A DNA stretch of 64,000 nucleotides from the NCBI GenBank assembly GCA_951406725.2, contig OX597818.1, positions 63,550,001-63,614,000 of the forward strand, in the 5' to 3' direction. Shown piece after piece: positions 1 to 11,586 of this stretch. The position numbers and the translations under genes were made by a program. Source of the stretch: Octopus vulgaris (Eukaryota). Positions within the stretch are counted from its first letter, which is position 1, and the number at the start of each line of letters is the position of its first letter. A model generated the notes under the pieces. That model did not search any database. It had not been told where the DNA came from and worked only from the letters and a program-made list of their open reading frames with translations.

Positions 1-150
1 GCGTGTATCGTTCACGATTTTCTTCCTCCGTCTTCCCTTCTTTTGGTCTTTCTTCATTCATTCCTTTCCTGAACGTCTGATAATACATTACCTCTACCAT
101 GTCCTCGTATCGATGTTTTTTTCTTGTGTGTCCTTCTTTGTTTGGATTCA
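1..150 (+). mobile_element. Fragment of short Penelope-type interspersed repeat (family G)
   Basis: Reverse-complement similarity to 800-1005 and 46655-46860; flanked by (TA)n/(CA)n. Confidence 0.5.
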
Positions 151-178
151 ATATATATATATACATACATACATACAC

Positions 179-209
<31 letters not shown>

Positions 210-224
210 TACATACATACATAC

Positions 225-273
<49 letters not shown>

Positions 274-757
274 CATTCATGTATCTATATATGTGTGTGG
301 GAGGCATGCCAGACACACATGTAACGTAACCTACTCGCAGCCTCTTTCAATGGGATTTTATATACAAACTTTACTGTTTATAATTATGAATTTACTATTT
401 CATGTTAACATTTTGAATATTACATTTACGACCATCATTTCAAATAGAAATTGTTCTGCTTGTATTTCGAGTAGAAAGTGTTCTGCTTGCATTTCAAATA
501 CAAATTCTGCTGTTTACATTCAGAATACAGTTTCATAGTTATATTGTAAATACAAAATTCTATGATCAGGTTCTAAATACATTTTAAACTGTCATTTTAA
601 ATACAGCGTTAACATTTCAAAGTCAGTATTCTAAACACAATAGCTGACATTTTAATACAGATTGAGTTAAATACACATCCACAACATGAACATTTAGAAG
701 AATTGTAAAGGAATCCAGATTTCGTTCGTTTTTGGATGTTACATAACTCTAACATAT

Positions 758-799
<42 letters not shown>

Positions 800-804
<5 letters not shown>

Positions 805-1002
805 TAATCCAAACAAGAAAACACAAAAAAAACACAACAACGCGAGGACGTGGAACAAATATAGTATTATTGGACGCTCAGGAAAGAAGGGGAGAAGGAG
901 GGTTTAAAGTTTCGAGCGGAGCTCTTCGTCGGAAACATAGGAGAAGGAAAGATCCCGAGAAGGGAAGACAGAGGAAAAAAATCGCCAACGGCACACACGA
1001 GG

Positions 1003-1005
<3 letters not shown>
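800..1005 (-). mobile_element. Short Penelope-type repeat (family G) with hammerhead-like core
   Basis: Homologous to 46655-46860. Minus strand reads CCGACGA-A-GAGC-tcc-GCTC-GAAAC. Embedded in (TA)n. Confidence 0.55.
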
Positions 1006-1040
<35 letters not shown>

Positions 1041-1292
1041 GTATATAATATGTGTGGTTTAGTTCGCTGACGAATTAAACCAATACGTGCACTGTATAAG
1101 TGCTATAATTGGTTATCCGTTACCTTCCGAGTTCTCAGCTTAGGCTGGAGCAAGTGTTCCGGAGCATACCTTTCTGTCAGCAGTTATAAATTAAAGAAAA
1201 TGTTGACCTCGGATACTCATCCTGCCTTCGTTTTGTTTTCCATTTTCATTTATATATATATATAGATATATGTGTGTGTGTGTGTGTGTATG

Positions 1293-1406
1293 TGTGACAA
1301 TTAATCGGTTGCCATAATTGCCTCGATAACTGAAGATGCCGGACCAGGTTTCTGTTCCGACATCCGAAACTCGGAGTCTTATTATGGCAACCGAATAATT
1401 GTCACA
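1293..1406 (+). ncRNA. Degenerate type I hammerhead ribozyme motif inside a 26-bp inverted repeat
   Basis: gataa-CTGAAGA-tgccgga...tccgacatcc-GAAA-CTC-g-GAG-TC-ttatt, enclosed by IR 1293-1318/1381-1406. Confidence 0.5.
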
Positions 1407-1485
1407 TATTATATTACAGATAAATTGTTTTATTTACGTAATATCTAGGTCTATTTCCTCATTTTGTTGTCTTAATATATAATTT

Positions 1486-1516
<31 letters not shown>

Positions 1517-1548
1517 CTTTATTTAAAGCAGCAGAAAATTCAACAAAA

Positions 1549-1588
1549 CCTGTTACTCTGAGTTTCCCGTTGCCGTTCGTCGGACAGT
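1549..1588 (-). ncRNA. Degenerate minimal type I hammerhead motif in a Penelope-type repeat (about 1517-1702)
   Basis: Minus strand CUGU-CCGACGA-acggcaacgg-GAAA-CUC-a-GAG-UA-ACAG. Stems I and III pair; core U4 and stem II are mutated. Confidence 0.45.
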
Positions 1589-1699
1589 TTTTGCTAGAAT
1601 GGAACCGATATGTGTATTCTTTAAATAAAGCATATTACTCTACCACTGGTATTTGTGTACTCTATTTTCCACCTTGTTTCACATTTATGTGTTTACTCT

Positions 1700-1735
<36 letters not shown>

Positions 1736-2346
1736 GCATTCTAAAATACTAAATTATTTATACTGCCACAAGTAATTGAAAAATCTATCTTCAGCATTTT
1801 CATTTGATAACATTCAATTACAGAGGGAACCTCGGCTTTTCGTGTAACATTCTACCCCAATATGCCAATATCAACATTACGTGCGAGCTCGGGTAGTATC
1901 ACGGAAAGAGCAAGGAACAACACAATCGAAAGTCGTCAATGTCAGCGATCCCAGTCTAGGGAATGGTTACGTGAAGACTTTGTTTTTTATCTTCCTTATA
2001 ACAATCTAATTCATTCTGCCTTCCAAATGATTAGGACAAGGAAGCTGACAATTCACGTTATGATATTGTTGACGATGGTGATGCGGACGACGACGACGAC
2101 GACTTTGTGTCGGCGGTGCCTTGCCTAATGATTTACCGAAAATTGATGGTGCCGATGATAATTGATAGCGATCGTGTTACCGACGCCGTTGTTAATGATT
2201 AGCAATCTTTTGATAAATAAGATACAACAGTAATGGCAGTACTACTACCTCAGATGATGTTCGTTAATTGTATTAATACAAGAGATCCCAATGTTTCCAG
2301 ACGTTTCATTCTCACACGGGTGGATAATACTAACATTGAAATACGT

Positions 2347-2582
2347 ACCTATTTCTTTAATACCCACAAGGGGATAAACACAGAGGGGACAGACAAGGAC
2401 AGACAAACGGATTAAGTCGATTATATCGACCCCAGTGCGTAATTGGTACTTATTTAATCGACCCCGAAAGGATGAAAGGCAAAGTCGTCCTCGGCGGAAT
2501 TTGAACTCAGAACGTAGCGGCAGACGAAATAGCGCTAAGCATTTCATCCGGCGTACTAACGATTCTGCCAGCTCGCCGCCTT
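2347..2582 (-). mobile_element. tRNA-derived SINE family A
   Basis: Head ggcggcgagctggcagaatcg, box-B-like gagttcaaattcc; many copies in window; flanking repeat atactaacattgaaatacgta (about 2326-2347 and 2617-2637). Confidence 0.9.
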
Positions 2583-3817
2583 AGTTTTACCTATAAAATC
2601 TAAACCAAAATCAAGGATACTAACATTGAAATACGTAACGCTCTAGCAAGGTATCATGATGCATATTTTTGGTTCTACAGGTGAGAGATCATAGCTTCAG
2701 GTGTAGAGTTTTAGACAATTTAAACGACAGCAGTTAGATGATTAGTAATGTATATATTAACTCAGGTGAGAAAGAAAAAGAATTCCTCTAGTATAAATGA
2801 AAATTAATGCTGACAATAAGTGAAGAGACAAGCTAACATCTACACCTCCAGTTTTAATCAGTAAAACAGGTGAGGCAACAATCAAGAAAATCTAAATTAA
2901 GCTGTGAAAATGCTGAAGAGCATTTTGTGTAAATCATTTAATAATCTATATTAATTACTTCATCTTTGTTTCAAATAAATTATAAGTCGCCAACGTAGGC
3001 AATAATCGTTGACTTGTTATTAAGTTTTATAACGCTAACAGTAATTACATGTAATTGGTAAAAGTCAAAGTCATCCTGAGTTGATCTTACGAATACGAAG
3101 AATCGTTCAGCAGTCTTTGAAAGATAAAAAAGCAACTTGTATGTTAATATTGAGAGATGAAATATATAAATAATAGACCTATTAATACTGGGCATTGAAA
3201 ATCGATCTATGCCTGAAAATCTGTAAAAAACGTCGGAATTCTATGAAAGATTAGTAAAAAATAAATACGTCAAATTCATTTTATAAGCATATTTTACCAA
3301 TAAAATCTAAATCTAAACAAAGATACAATGTTGCACCCGTAATACTGAAGAGAACAAGATATGCCCAGATTCAGAACTGGACATATTTTACCACATCTCC
3401 TTTATTTGAGAAGAGAGACTAGCAAAACAGGAATGTTTAAATGAAAAACAAGTATAAAAATCCATATAGTGCTAACCAAAATATTAAGATGATGCCGACT
3501 GAAAACGCAAGTCAGAGCAGTACCAGAACAGGCTCATCAAATGTTATGGTGTGTATACGCAACACAATAACATTTTCACGAGTAAAAGTCGATTTAAAAC
3601 TCTCAAACTAAATATCAGGTATAGGACGAATAGAAATATACGGACCAAGAATAAAAAAGTTGTGTAGAAGACGTTTTAAATATGAGACCGATGATAATTG
3701 CCTGATATTTAGAAATTTATAATCGATCGGTTTGTCTTATTGAGCAAAAGGAGCCTTTAATCAAGAGCAGCAACAATAACAGTAAAACCAGTTTATCTTA
3801 GGTTTATTGAAAACTGC

Positions 3818-4065
3818 GGAGGCGCGTGGCTTAGTGGTTAGGATGTCAGCATCATGATCGTAAGATTGTGGTTTCGATTCCTGGACCAGGCGACGCGTTG
3901 TGTTCTTGAGCAAAACACTTCATTTCACGTTGCTCCAGTCCTCTCAGCTGGCAAAAATGAGTAACGCTGCGATGGACTGGCATTCCGTCCAGCTGGGGAA
4001 CACATACGCCATTGAAACCGGGAAACCGGGCCATTGAGCTTGACTAGGCTTTAAAAGGGCGCATT
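3818..4065 (+). mobile_element. tRNA-derived SINE family B (CORE-like central domain)
   Basis: Box A tggcttagtgg, box B ggtttcgattcc, then ttgtgttcttgagcaaaacactt; imperfect TSD tttattg(a/t)aaactgc. Confidence 0.85.
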
Positions 4066-4905
4066 TATTAGTATTTTTTTTATTGTAAACTGCATTGTAA
4101 CTACGATGAAATTAATTTTAAAACTCACAAAGTATGTATATTCAGCATATATGAACTAACGGAATTATATCCCTATGACAACCTCTAAATCCATGAAATA
4201 TGGCGGAAACAGGTAAAATTCTAGAAATGAAACAGCAGGAACTGAATGAGAAAAAGAATAAACATATGTAGAGAATACGAAAAATAATCACGAGCAATAA
4301 TTATTCGAATACTAGCCATGATTAATCAATGTAACTTCTTTACTTATTTTTCTTAAATAACAATTAGGTTTCCACACAACATATATCAAAATAAAAATAT
4401 TGAATAAGACACTAAAACAATTCCGCGAAGCCTGAATGTGCACCGTAATAAGATTTGGAAAGAATTGCTGACTGCATACGTAGGAAATTTGCGAATTATC
4501 CATGATATACAAGAGATTTTGAACGGCGATATGGTTCTCCGATTGATTGACATCGAGTGAGTTTTGTTTCATGTAACTTCCTCTCGCTCGCACAGTTTGG
4601 GGTCATCAGATATGGATTTCCTTGCAAGAAGCAACGTATTTCAATTCAAACATCAGCTCATTTCCTTTCTTATTTACGTTAACATCTTACGTAGTAATAT
4701 CGGAAGTGCTTCATGCCCCTTCGGTGATCCAAGGATATTATCGTATAACATTGTTCCATAGGACTTAGTGTTTTGTCTTACTTTATAATCAGTGTTGCAC
4801 ACCTATTTACACCAAACGGCATATCTGTAAACTTGCTACATCACCCCTGCTTTCGAAAGAGTGTAATTTTATTTTGTAGATATCTTATCAATAACCGATA
4901 AACGT

Positions 4906-4906
4906 A

Positions 4907-4987
<81 letters not shown>

Positions 4988-5126
4988 ATTATTATTATTA
5001 TTATTACTATTATTATTATTATTATTATTATTATAATTATTATTATTATTATTGTTATTATTATTATTTTTATTATTTTTATTATTGTTATTATTATTGT
5101 TATTATTATTATTTTTATTATTATTA

Positions 5127-5193
<67 letters not shown>

Positions 5194-5211
5194 CATTATC
5201 GTTATTATTAT
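4906..5211. repeat. (TAA)n microsatellite
   Basis: About 300 bp of imperfect tta repeats. Confidence 0.95.
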
Positions 5212-5214
5212 TTC

Positions 5215-6600
5215 TTTAGTTGTTATATGCTACCATTCTTGATATTTGAAGTGGGTAGTGGCCTTATCTATATCCCTGACACAATGTGCATTCCGATTAA
5301 ACTCCTTTTGATTATTCCAAAGGTTTTTTTTTTCCTCAAAATCGTTAGGTTTGCTGCTAGGGATGAGCTGTTTTCAAAATAATGCTATTCGCCCCACCAT
5401 TTTCCTGTAGAATTTTTTGTGTTCTCCTTGAATGTTTTGCCTATGGAATGCTGAATGTTTCTTTTTTTTTTTTTTGTATTTTACCAGTCGCTTGGATTCT
5501 AATTGTATTTTTGTCTGAGGATTTCAATCTGTGAATCCTTTGTTTTCTTGTAAAGGTCATGTTTAGCAATTATTCTTATTAGCTTGTTGGGTTTATTAGT
5601 TTTCCCTTTGCTTGCTTCAAGTAGAAAAGATACATCCGTTCTGAGTTGTATTATCTGCCGGTTTATTCTTTCCACCCATGCAGGCTGTTTGTGTACATTG
5701 TACTTTTTTCTATCTTTAATTTTAATACTGCATTTCTGAGTTGCAACGTAAGCAGCTGAGTAAATGAGTTGATCGATCACCCCAGGTGCCTGATCAACTT
5801 CTTTGATTACTTTTATGTTTTATAAATATTGATAATGTTAAGAAGTGTAACTCCTTCGTGCAAATGGTGATGTAGTTGTATTAGATATTGTTCTAGTATT
5901 CCATCCAACATTTCATTGCCGAAGTTATCATTTATTGTATTTTTAGTAGCAATTGATGGTCCATCTTCATATTGTTCTGTGTAACCAGTTTGCTGGTTTG
6001 AGTAAGTGATTTCAGAGTTTTCTGCTTGTGGGCGTGAGTGTGTGTTTTACTGAGCTTACATTTGATTGATCTGACTTTTGACTGATCTGTCTTTTGACTG
6101 ATCTGACTATTTTGTCAGTTAGTCTTTTATCCTTTAAGATATCACGTCTCACAGCTCCTAGTTTATTGCTGTCCATGTATATCCTGCTATGCAGGTTTTT
6201 GCACCTCCAAGTATTGTAGGTCACTTTTTTGTGTGGTTGAGGTATCTGGATTTAGTGTTGAAAAATAATAAGCATGCATAACTTCGATATAGTCCTGCTT
6301 GGTCCATTTCTGTCTTGTATTCCTATTTCTTTGAGATAGGTTAGGTAGTTGATCGTGTGCGTCAGTTTCAGGAATATCCCTGGTAAGATTTGCCACGCGT
6401 TCTTTAGGTAGGTTGTCCTGATTTAAAGACTTACAGGTCGCTGATGAACGCGTTCTTCGAACGACACAGGTTCCATGGTTTATTCCCATGGCTCAGTATA
6501 TAGGACCGTGCTATAAGCGCTCAGGGCAATCAGTTGTCCGGGCATCGTCATTTTCTGGGGGTGAAAAAAGGGGATGTGAGGAGCTGTCGTCGGGAAGGTG
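5215..6600 (-). mobile_element. Decayed 5' part of an R4/Dong-like (RLE) non-LTR retrotransposon ORF
   Basis: Frameshifted pieces RQKWTKQDYIEVMHAYY, QLIYSAAYVA, PAWVERINRQIIQLRTDVSFL and FKENTKKFYRKM resemble R4/Dong N-terminal motifs; abuts (TAA)n. Confidence 0.7.
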
Positions 6601-6884
6601 ACAAATGGCAGGCCGACAGAATTCATGTAGCGTCATAGAAAGAGGCAGATATTGAAGTGGCAGCCAAAGAGAGACAGACACAGAGAGATGAAAGTCAGAA
6701 CCATCATGCAGTCTCCAACTAGCGTTATCTCCAAGCTATTTCCATTATCATGGTGATGGCGTTGGCGGCGGCGGTAGTAAAAGTGGTAATGGGATTGTAT
6801 AAGCTCGCTCAGCAGTATCTAAACGTTGTCAAATATGGGTGTTTGCCTCCATGAAAATCACTATTATCGGTGTTATTGTTGTTG

Positions 6885-6925
<41 letters not shown>

Positions 6926-6929
<4 letters not shown>

Positions 6930-7060
6930 GTTTGACTTTTGCTTTATATTTGTACAAGTTGGCTCCAAGTCTCACCCGGAGACCTCAAGAGACAACAGGT
7001 GGGAAGTTCACGTTGTTGTTATGCCTAGTGTGCCCTATATTTGGTTGTTTTTTGTGTTGT
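6926..7060 (-). mobile_element. Probable 3' end of an R4/Dong-like LINE ending in (TAA)n
   Basis: Minus strand ...gagacttggagccaacttgtacaaatataaagcaaaagtcaaacat-(aat)n; same orientation as, and downstream of, the RT pieces. Confidence 0.55.
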
Positions 7061-7150
7061 ACTGGTGGGTATCTAAGAAAAAAAAATGTTTGTTTTAAAC
7101 CTTGAGATTACATAGAAAGTATGAGCAGTTCCCATTATTATTATTATTAT

Positions 7151-7203
<53 letters not shown>

Positions 7204-7205
7204 AC

Positions 7206-7264
<59 letters not shown>
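7151..7264. repeat. (AGT)n microsatellite
   Basis: Direct reading. Confidence 0.95.
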
Positions 7265-7265
<1 letters not shown>

Positions 7266-7611
7266 TGTTGTTGTTGCTGTTGTAGCAGCAGCTGCAGCAG
7301 TAATAGTGCGATCAGGAAATAAAAGAAGCGTCCCGCCCTTGCGGTCAGCAGAGTTCAAATGTGTTTACTACTACAGGCGACTAATGAGAAGTCAGACGTT
7401 GGCCTTGGAAAAGGCCAACACACTTTGCTCTGTTTTAGTTAGAAATAGAAAAAATAACAATTATAATATACACACACACACACATATTAATGTTTACATA
7501 ATAGAATTTTTCTTGCCTTTTTATAGGTTTTGCAGTGGCTTAGTTTTTGTAACAGTGCAGTTTGTATATATAGGTAGTTGATTGTGCCCTAAAGTTTCAA
7601 AGTTTTTTAAA

Positions 7612-7695
7612 GATGATCCTTTGGGTATTTGCAGATGATCTCTTCTGGTATTTGCCGTTGTGATGTTTTTCTTGCCATTTATAAGTAAAAATGTC
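7612..7695 (-). mobile_element. Continuation of the R4/Dong-like ORF beyond the Merlin-like insertion
   Basis: Reads DIFTYKWQEKHHNGKYQKR, in frame with 9892-10080 after removing the insertion and one TSD copy. Confidence 0.7.
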
Positions 7696-8896
7696 GGTAA
7701 AATTACAGATTATCACCCCCACGATTTTCACTAAGAAAAAAAAAAAAAAAACTCGGATTTTTTGCGTGGAATCAAATACCCTGACCTCCTAATATGCTGC
7801 AAATCCCATATTTTGGTCCGGAATTCCTCCGGAAAGGGGGGGGTATTACCCCCCCCCCCCGGAATTTTCACAAGGAAAAAAAATAAAATCAGATTTCTAG
7901 CGTGGAATCAAGTACCCTGACCTCCTAATATGCTGCAAATCCCATATTTTGGTCCGGAAAGGGGGGGTAAACCCCCCCTGGAATTTTCACAAGAAAAAAA
8001 AATCAGATTTTTTGCGTGGAATCAAGTACCCTGACCTCCTAATATGCTGCAAATCCCATATTTTGGTCCAGAATTGCTCCGGAAAGGGAGGGGGTTACCC
8101 CCTCCCCCCGGAATTTTCACAAGGAAAAAAATAATATATCAATAATTTAAAAAAGAAACATTTCTAGAAAATAGTAAATTGAAGTGTCAACAAATTATTG
8201 GGCAAAATTGAAGTGTGAACAAATCATTGGGCAAAAGAAGATTTGGCATACTGTCATGCTTTTTAGCTGTGAGAAGTGAAAGTCGTCAACTTCGTGTATT
8301 TGCGTCAGGTTCGCTGTTAGGCTTATAAAACAATAGAAGTTCAGTTTAAAGTTTATAAATAAATACATTTCATTCCATGTTCTGTTTAAACTTTATAAAT
8401 AAATATATTCTTGCAGTGTGTGTATATGTGGCTATATGTCTGACTAATGTGTGTGTCTGTATTTATTGTATGTGTGTATAAGTAGTTATATGCTTATATT
8501 ATCCATTATAGTAATATTTGTCTGTTGAAACCTGTTTTAAGGCGGTCGAGGAACCCCTGTACAATAATTTAATAGTCTTATGCACATATATCTGCACAGG
8601 AGAATTAAAAATTACTGCCGATTTTAGCAGTTTTGCAACTTCTTGCGGAACCCTGGTTGAAAACCACTGGTCTAGCATAACAGTATGTTTTGCTGAGAAT
8701 TAATCCACTTTTTTTGACAGCAAGAGGTAAGTTTGTCTGAATTTTATCCATTACATTATCCATTATAGTAATATTTGTCTGTTGAAACCCGTTTTAAGGC
8801 GGTCAATAGTTTAATTAAAGATGTGTCTATACATGTATATATATATATACATGTGTATATATATATATTTATATATACATGGGTATATATATAGAC

Positions 8897-8970
<74 letters not shown>

Positions 8971-9891
8971 ACACATGTATATATACACCTGTATATATAT
9001 ATATATATACATGTATAGATACATCTTTAATTAAACTATTGACCGCCTTAAAACAGGTTTCAACAGACAAATATTACTATAATGGATAATATAAGCATAT
9101 AACTACTTATACACACATACAATAAATACAGACACACACATTAGTCAGACATATAGCCACATATACACACACTGCAAGAATATATTTATTTATAAAGTTT
9201 AAACAGAACATGGAATGAAATGTATTTATTTATAAACTTTAAACTGAACTTCTATTGTTTTATAAGCCTAACAGCGAACCTGACGCAAATACACGAAGTT
9301 GACGACTTTCACTTCTGACAGCTAAAAAGCATGACAGTATGCCAAATCTTCTTTTGCCCAATGATTTGTTCACACTTCAATTTTGCCCAATAATTTGTTG
9401 ACACTTCAATTTACTATTTTCTAGAAATGTTTCTTTTCTAAATTATTGATATGTTATTTTTTTTTCCTTGTGAAAATTCCGGGGGAGGGGTTACCCCCCC
9501 TTTCCGTAGCAATTCCGGACCAAAATATGGGATTTGCAGCATATTAGGAGGTCAGGGTACTTGATTCCACGCCAAAAAATCTGATTTTTTTTTTTTCTTG
9601 TGAAAATTCCAGGGAGGGGGGTGTTACCCCCCCTTTCCGGACCAAAATATGGGATTTGCAGCATATTAGGAGGTCAGGGTACTTGATTCCACGCTAGAAA
9701 TCTGATTTTTTTTTTTCCTTGTGAAAATTCCGGGGGTGGGGTAATACCCCCCCCCTTTCCGGAGGAATTCCGGACCAAAATATGGGATTTGCAGCATATT
9801 AGGAGGTCAGGGTATTTGATTCCACGCAAAAAATCCGAGTTTTTTTTTTTTCTTAGTGAAAATCGTGGGGGTGATAATCTGTAATTTTACC
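7696..9891. mobile_element. Non-autonomous palindromic (foldback) DNA transposon, Merlin-like
   Basis: About 850-bp inverted arms (7696-8547 / 9041-9891), termini GGTAAAATTAC...GTAATTTTACC, 8-bp TSD aaaatgtc (7688-7695, 9892-9899), three roughly 120-bp subterminal tandem units per arm, (TA)n centre. Confidence 0.85.
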
Positions 9892-10533
9892 AAAATGTCT
9901 AAGGCAGCCGTTTCAGCACGGGTTTTCATACGCTTAACTTTTTCTGTGCTTGTTTCCAGTACATCTAATTCTGCGTTTTGTTGTAATTGGAATTCACTTA
10001 TATATTCCTTTGACTGTTTTGTTACTAAGTATGATGCTTTCGTGTTTCCATGTTTTCAGGCAAGTTTTAACATCGCGTCACCAAAGTTTTTCAGGTAGGT
10101 GTTTAGGCCAATTGTGGCAATCTTCATTGTTATTGCCAGTTGTAAAAGTCCACGGCCTCCCTCTTTTCTTGGCAGATAAAGTCGCTCTATATTTACGTTA
10201 GGGTGGTGCATTCTAAGCATTGTCAAGAATTTTCGTGTTTTTCTGTCACGATTAAACATTTCAGTAATTGACCAGTTAATGAAACTGTAAGTCACGACCG
10301 ATATGACTAAGGTATTGATCGCTTCGATCCTGTTTCTCGCATTCAGCTCTGTCTTGAGTATTGCTCTTACTCTGCGATAACATTCTCTTCTAATCATTTT
10401 CCCTCATCACTGAATGTTTGATTCCGTCCCCTTCAATTACTCCTAGGTATTTGTAGTTCTCCGCTGGTTCTAACTCATTTATGACATTGTGCTGGTCAAG
10501 GTTAACGTTAGATATTTCTGTCATTGTACCTTT
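9892..10533 (-). mobile_element. R4/Dong-like LINE RT C-terminal/thumb fragment, 5'-truncated
   Basis: ENYKYLGV, YRRVRAILKTELNARNRIEAINT, RLYLPRKEGGRGLLQL; frameshifts and stops; 5' end abuts (TAA)n at 10534-10631. Confidence 0.85.
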
Positions 10534-10543
10534 GATAATAATG

Positions 10544-10632
<89 letters not shown>

Positions 10633-10635
<3 letters not shown>

Positions 10636-10704
10636 CGTAAACACACCAGCATCGGTTGTCAAGCGATGTTGTGGGGACAAACACAATCAGACAAACATAT
10701 ATAA

Positions 10705-10758
<54 letters not shown>

Positions 10759-10907
10759 GACAGGCTTCTTTCAGTTTCCGTCTATCAAATCCACTCACAA
10801 GTCTTTGGTCAGCCCGAGGCTATAGTAGAAGACACTTGCTGAAGTTTCCACGCAGTGGCATGTGGTTGGTAAGCAATCTACTTACCACACAGCCACTCCT
10901 ACGCCTA
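10633..10907 (-). mobile_element. SINE family C, 3'-truncated
   Basis: Homologous to 12694-13106; internal (TA)/(CA) microsatellite. Confidence 0.85.
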
Positions 10908-11454
10908 TATATGTCCAATTCGAATGAGGAATTCCCATGAGTTACTATAATTTTCATTGTACATGACAACAGCCATCAATCTCGTATGCCCGAAAATTTT
11001 CTCTTACTGCAGACATACAATCTTATTTAATACCTGAATATAGATTTTGAATAAAGGAATCATACAAGCGTTCTTTTTTGTGTTTTTGTCTACTGCACTC
11101 ACTTAATATGAGATTAATAATACTTTTTCCACTTTTATACACATTCTATTTTTACATCCTGATCGAGTTTTATCAATCTTTGTTGTTATCTGGAAAGTTC
11201 CAATTGTGTGTCCCTGGGGGGTTATAATTAGTGATTCAGTTATTCGTTTTATATATCCATCAGCCACAATCACAGCTGTTTACTTCTAACGTCTTCGCTT
11301 TGTTGCATAATTTCGCCATGTAATTCCTTCGCATTCCAGTTATTACTCACGTCGCTTTACTTTCAGTCATTGAATTATTTCTAGATTTAATAGCTTATTC
11401 GATGTGTCTATCGCAAGTACATGCATTCTACATTGGGCAAAACATAAAATTTCA

Positions 11455-11582
11455 ATACATTCTTTACATTATTTACATTCCACAGATATTTGTCCATATC
11501 TTGTTTGTTGTTAACAGAACGTTACGGCTTATATACCCTACAGCATTCATCAGGTGTCTTGGGAAAAGTTTGAAACATGGGT
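11455..11582 (-). mobile_element. Inverted 3' fragment of family E (hammerhead-bearing tail)
   Basis: Reverse complement of about 12220-12335; lies immediately 5' of the family E head. Confidence 0.75.
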
Positions 11583-11586
11583 ATAT

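Noticed and set aside
3818-3890. tRNA gene
   Set aside because: Box A/B present but it continues into a SINE body without a T-run terminator; the same applies to the other tRNA-like heads.
2640-4860. Ancient RT remnants (TDDNCLIF near 3686; MPFGVNRCATL on minus near 4800)
   Set aside because: Too short and degraded to classify by eye.
7750-8130. CRISPR-like array
   Set aside because: Tandem units have no unique spacers and are subterminal repeats of a eukaryotic transposon; no cas genes.
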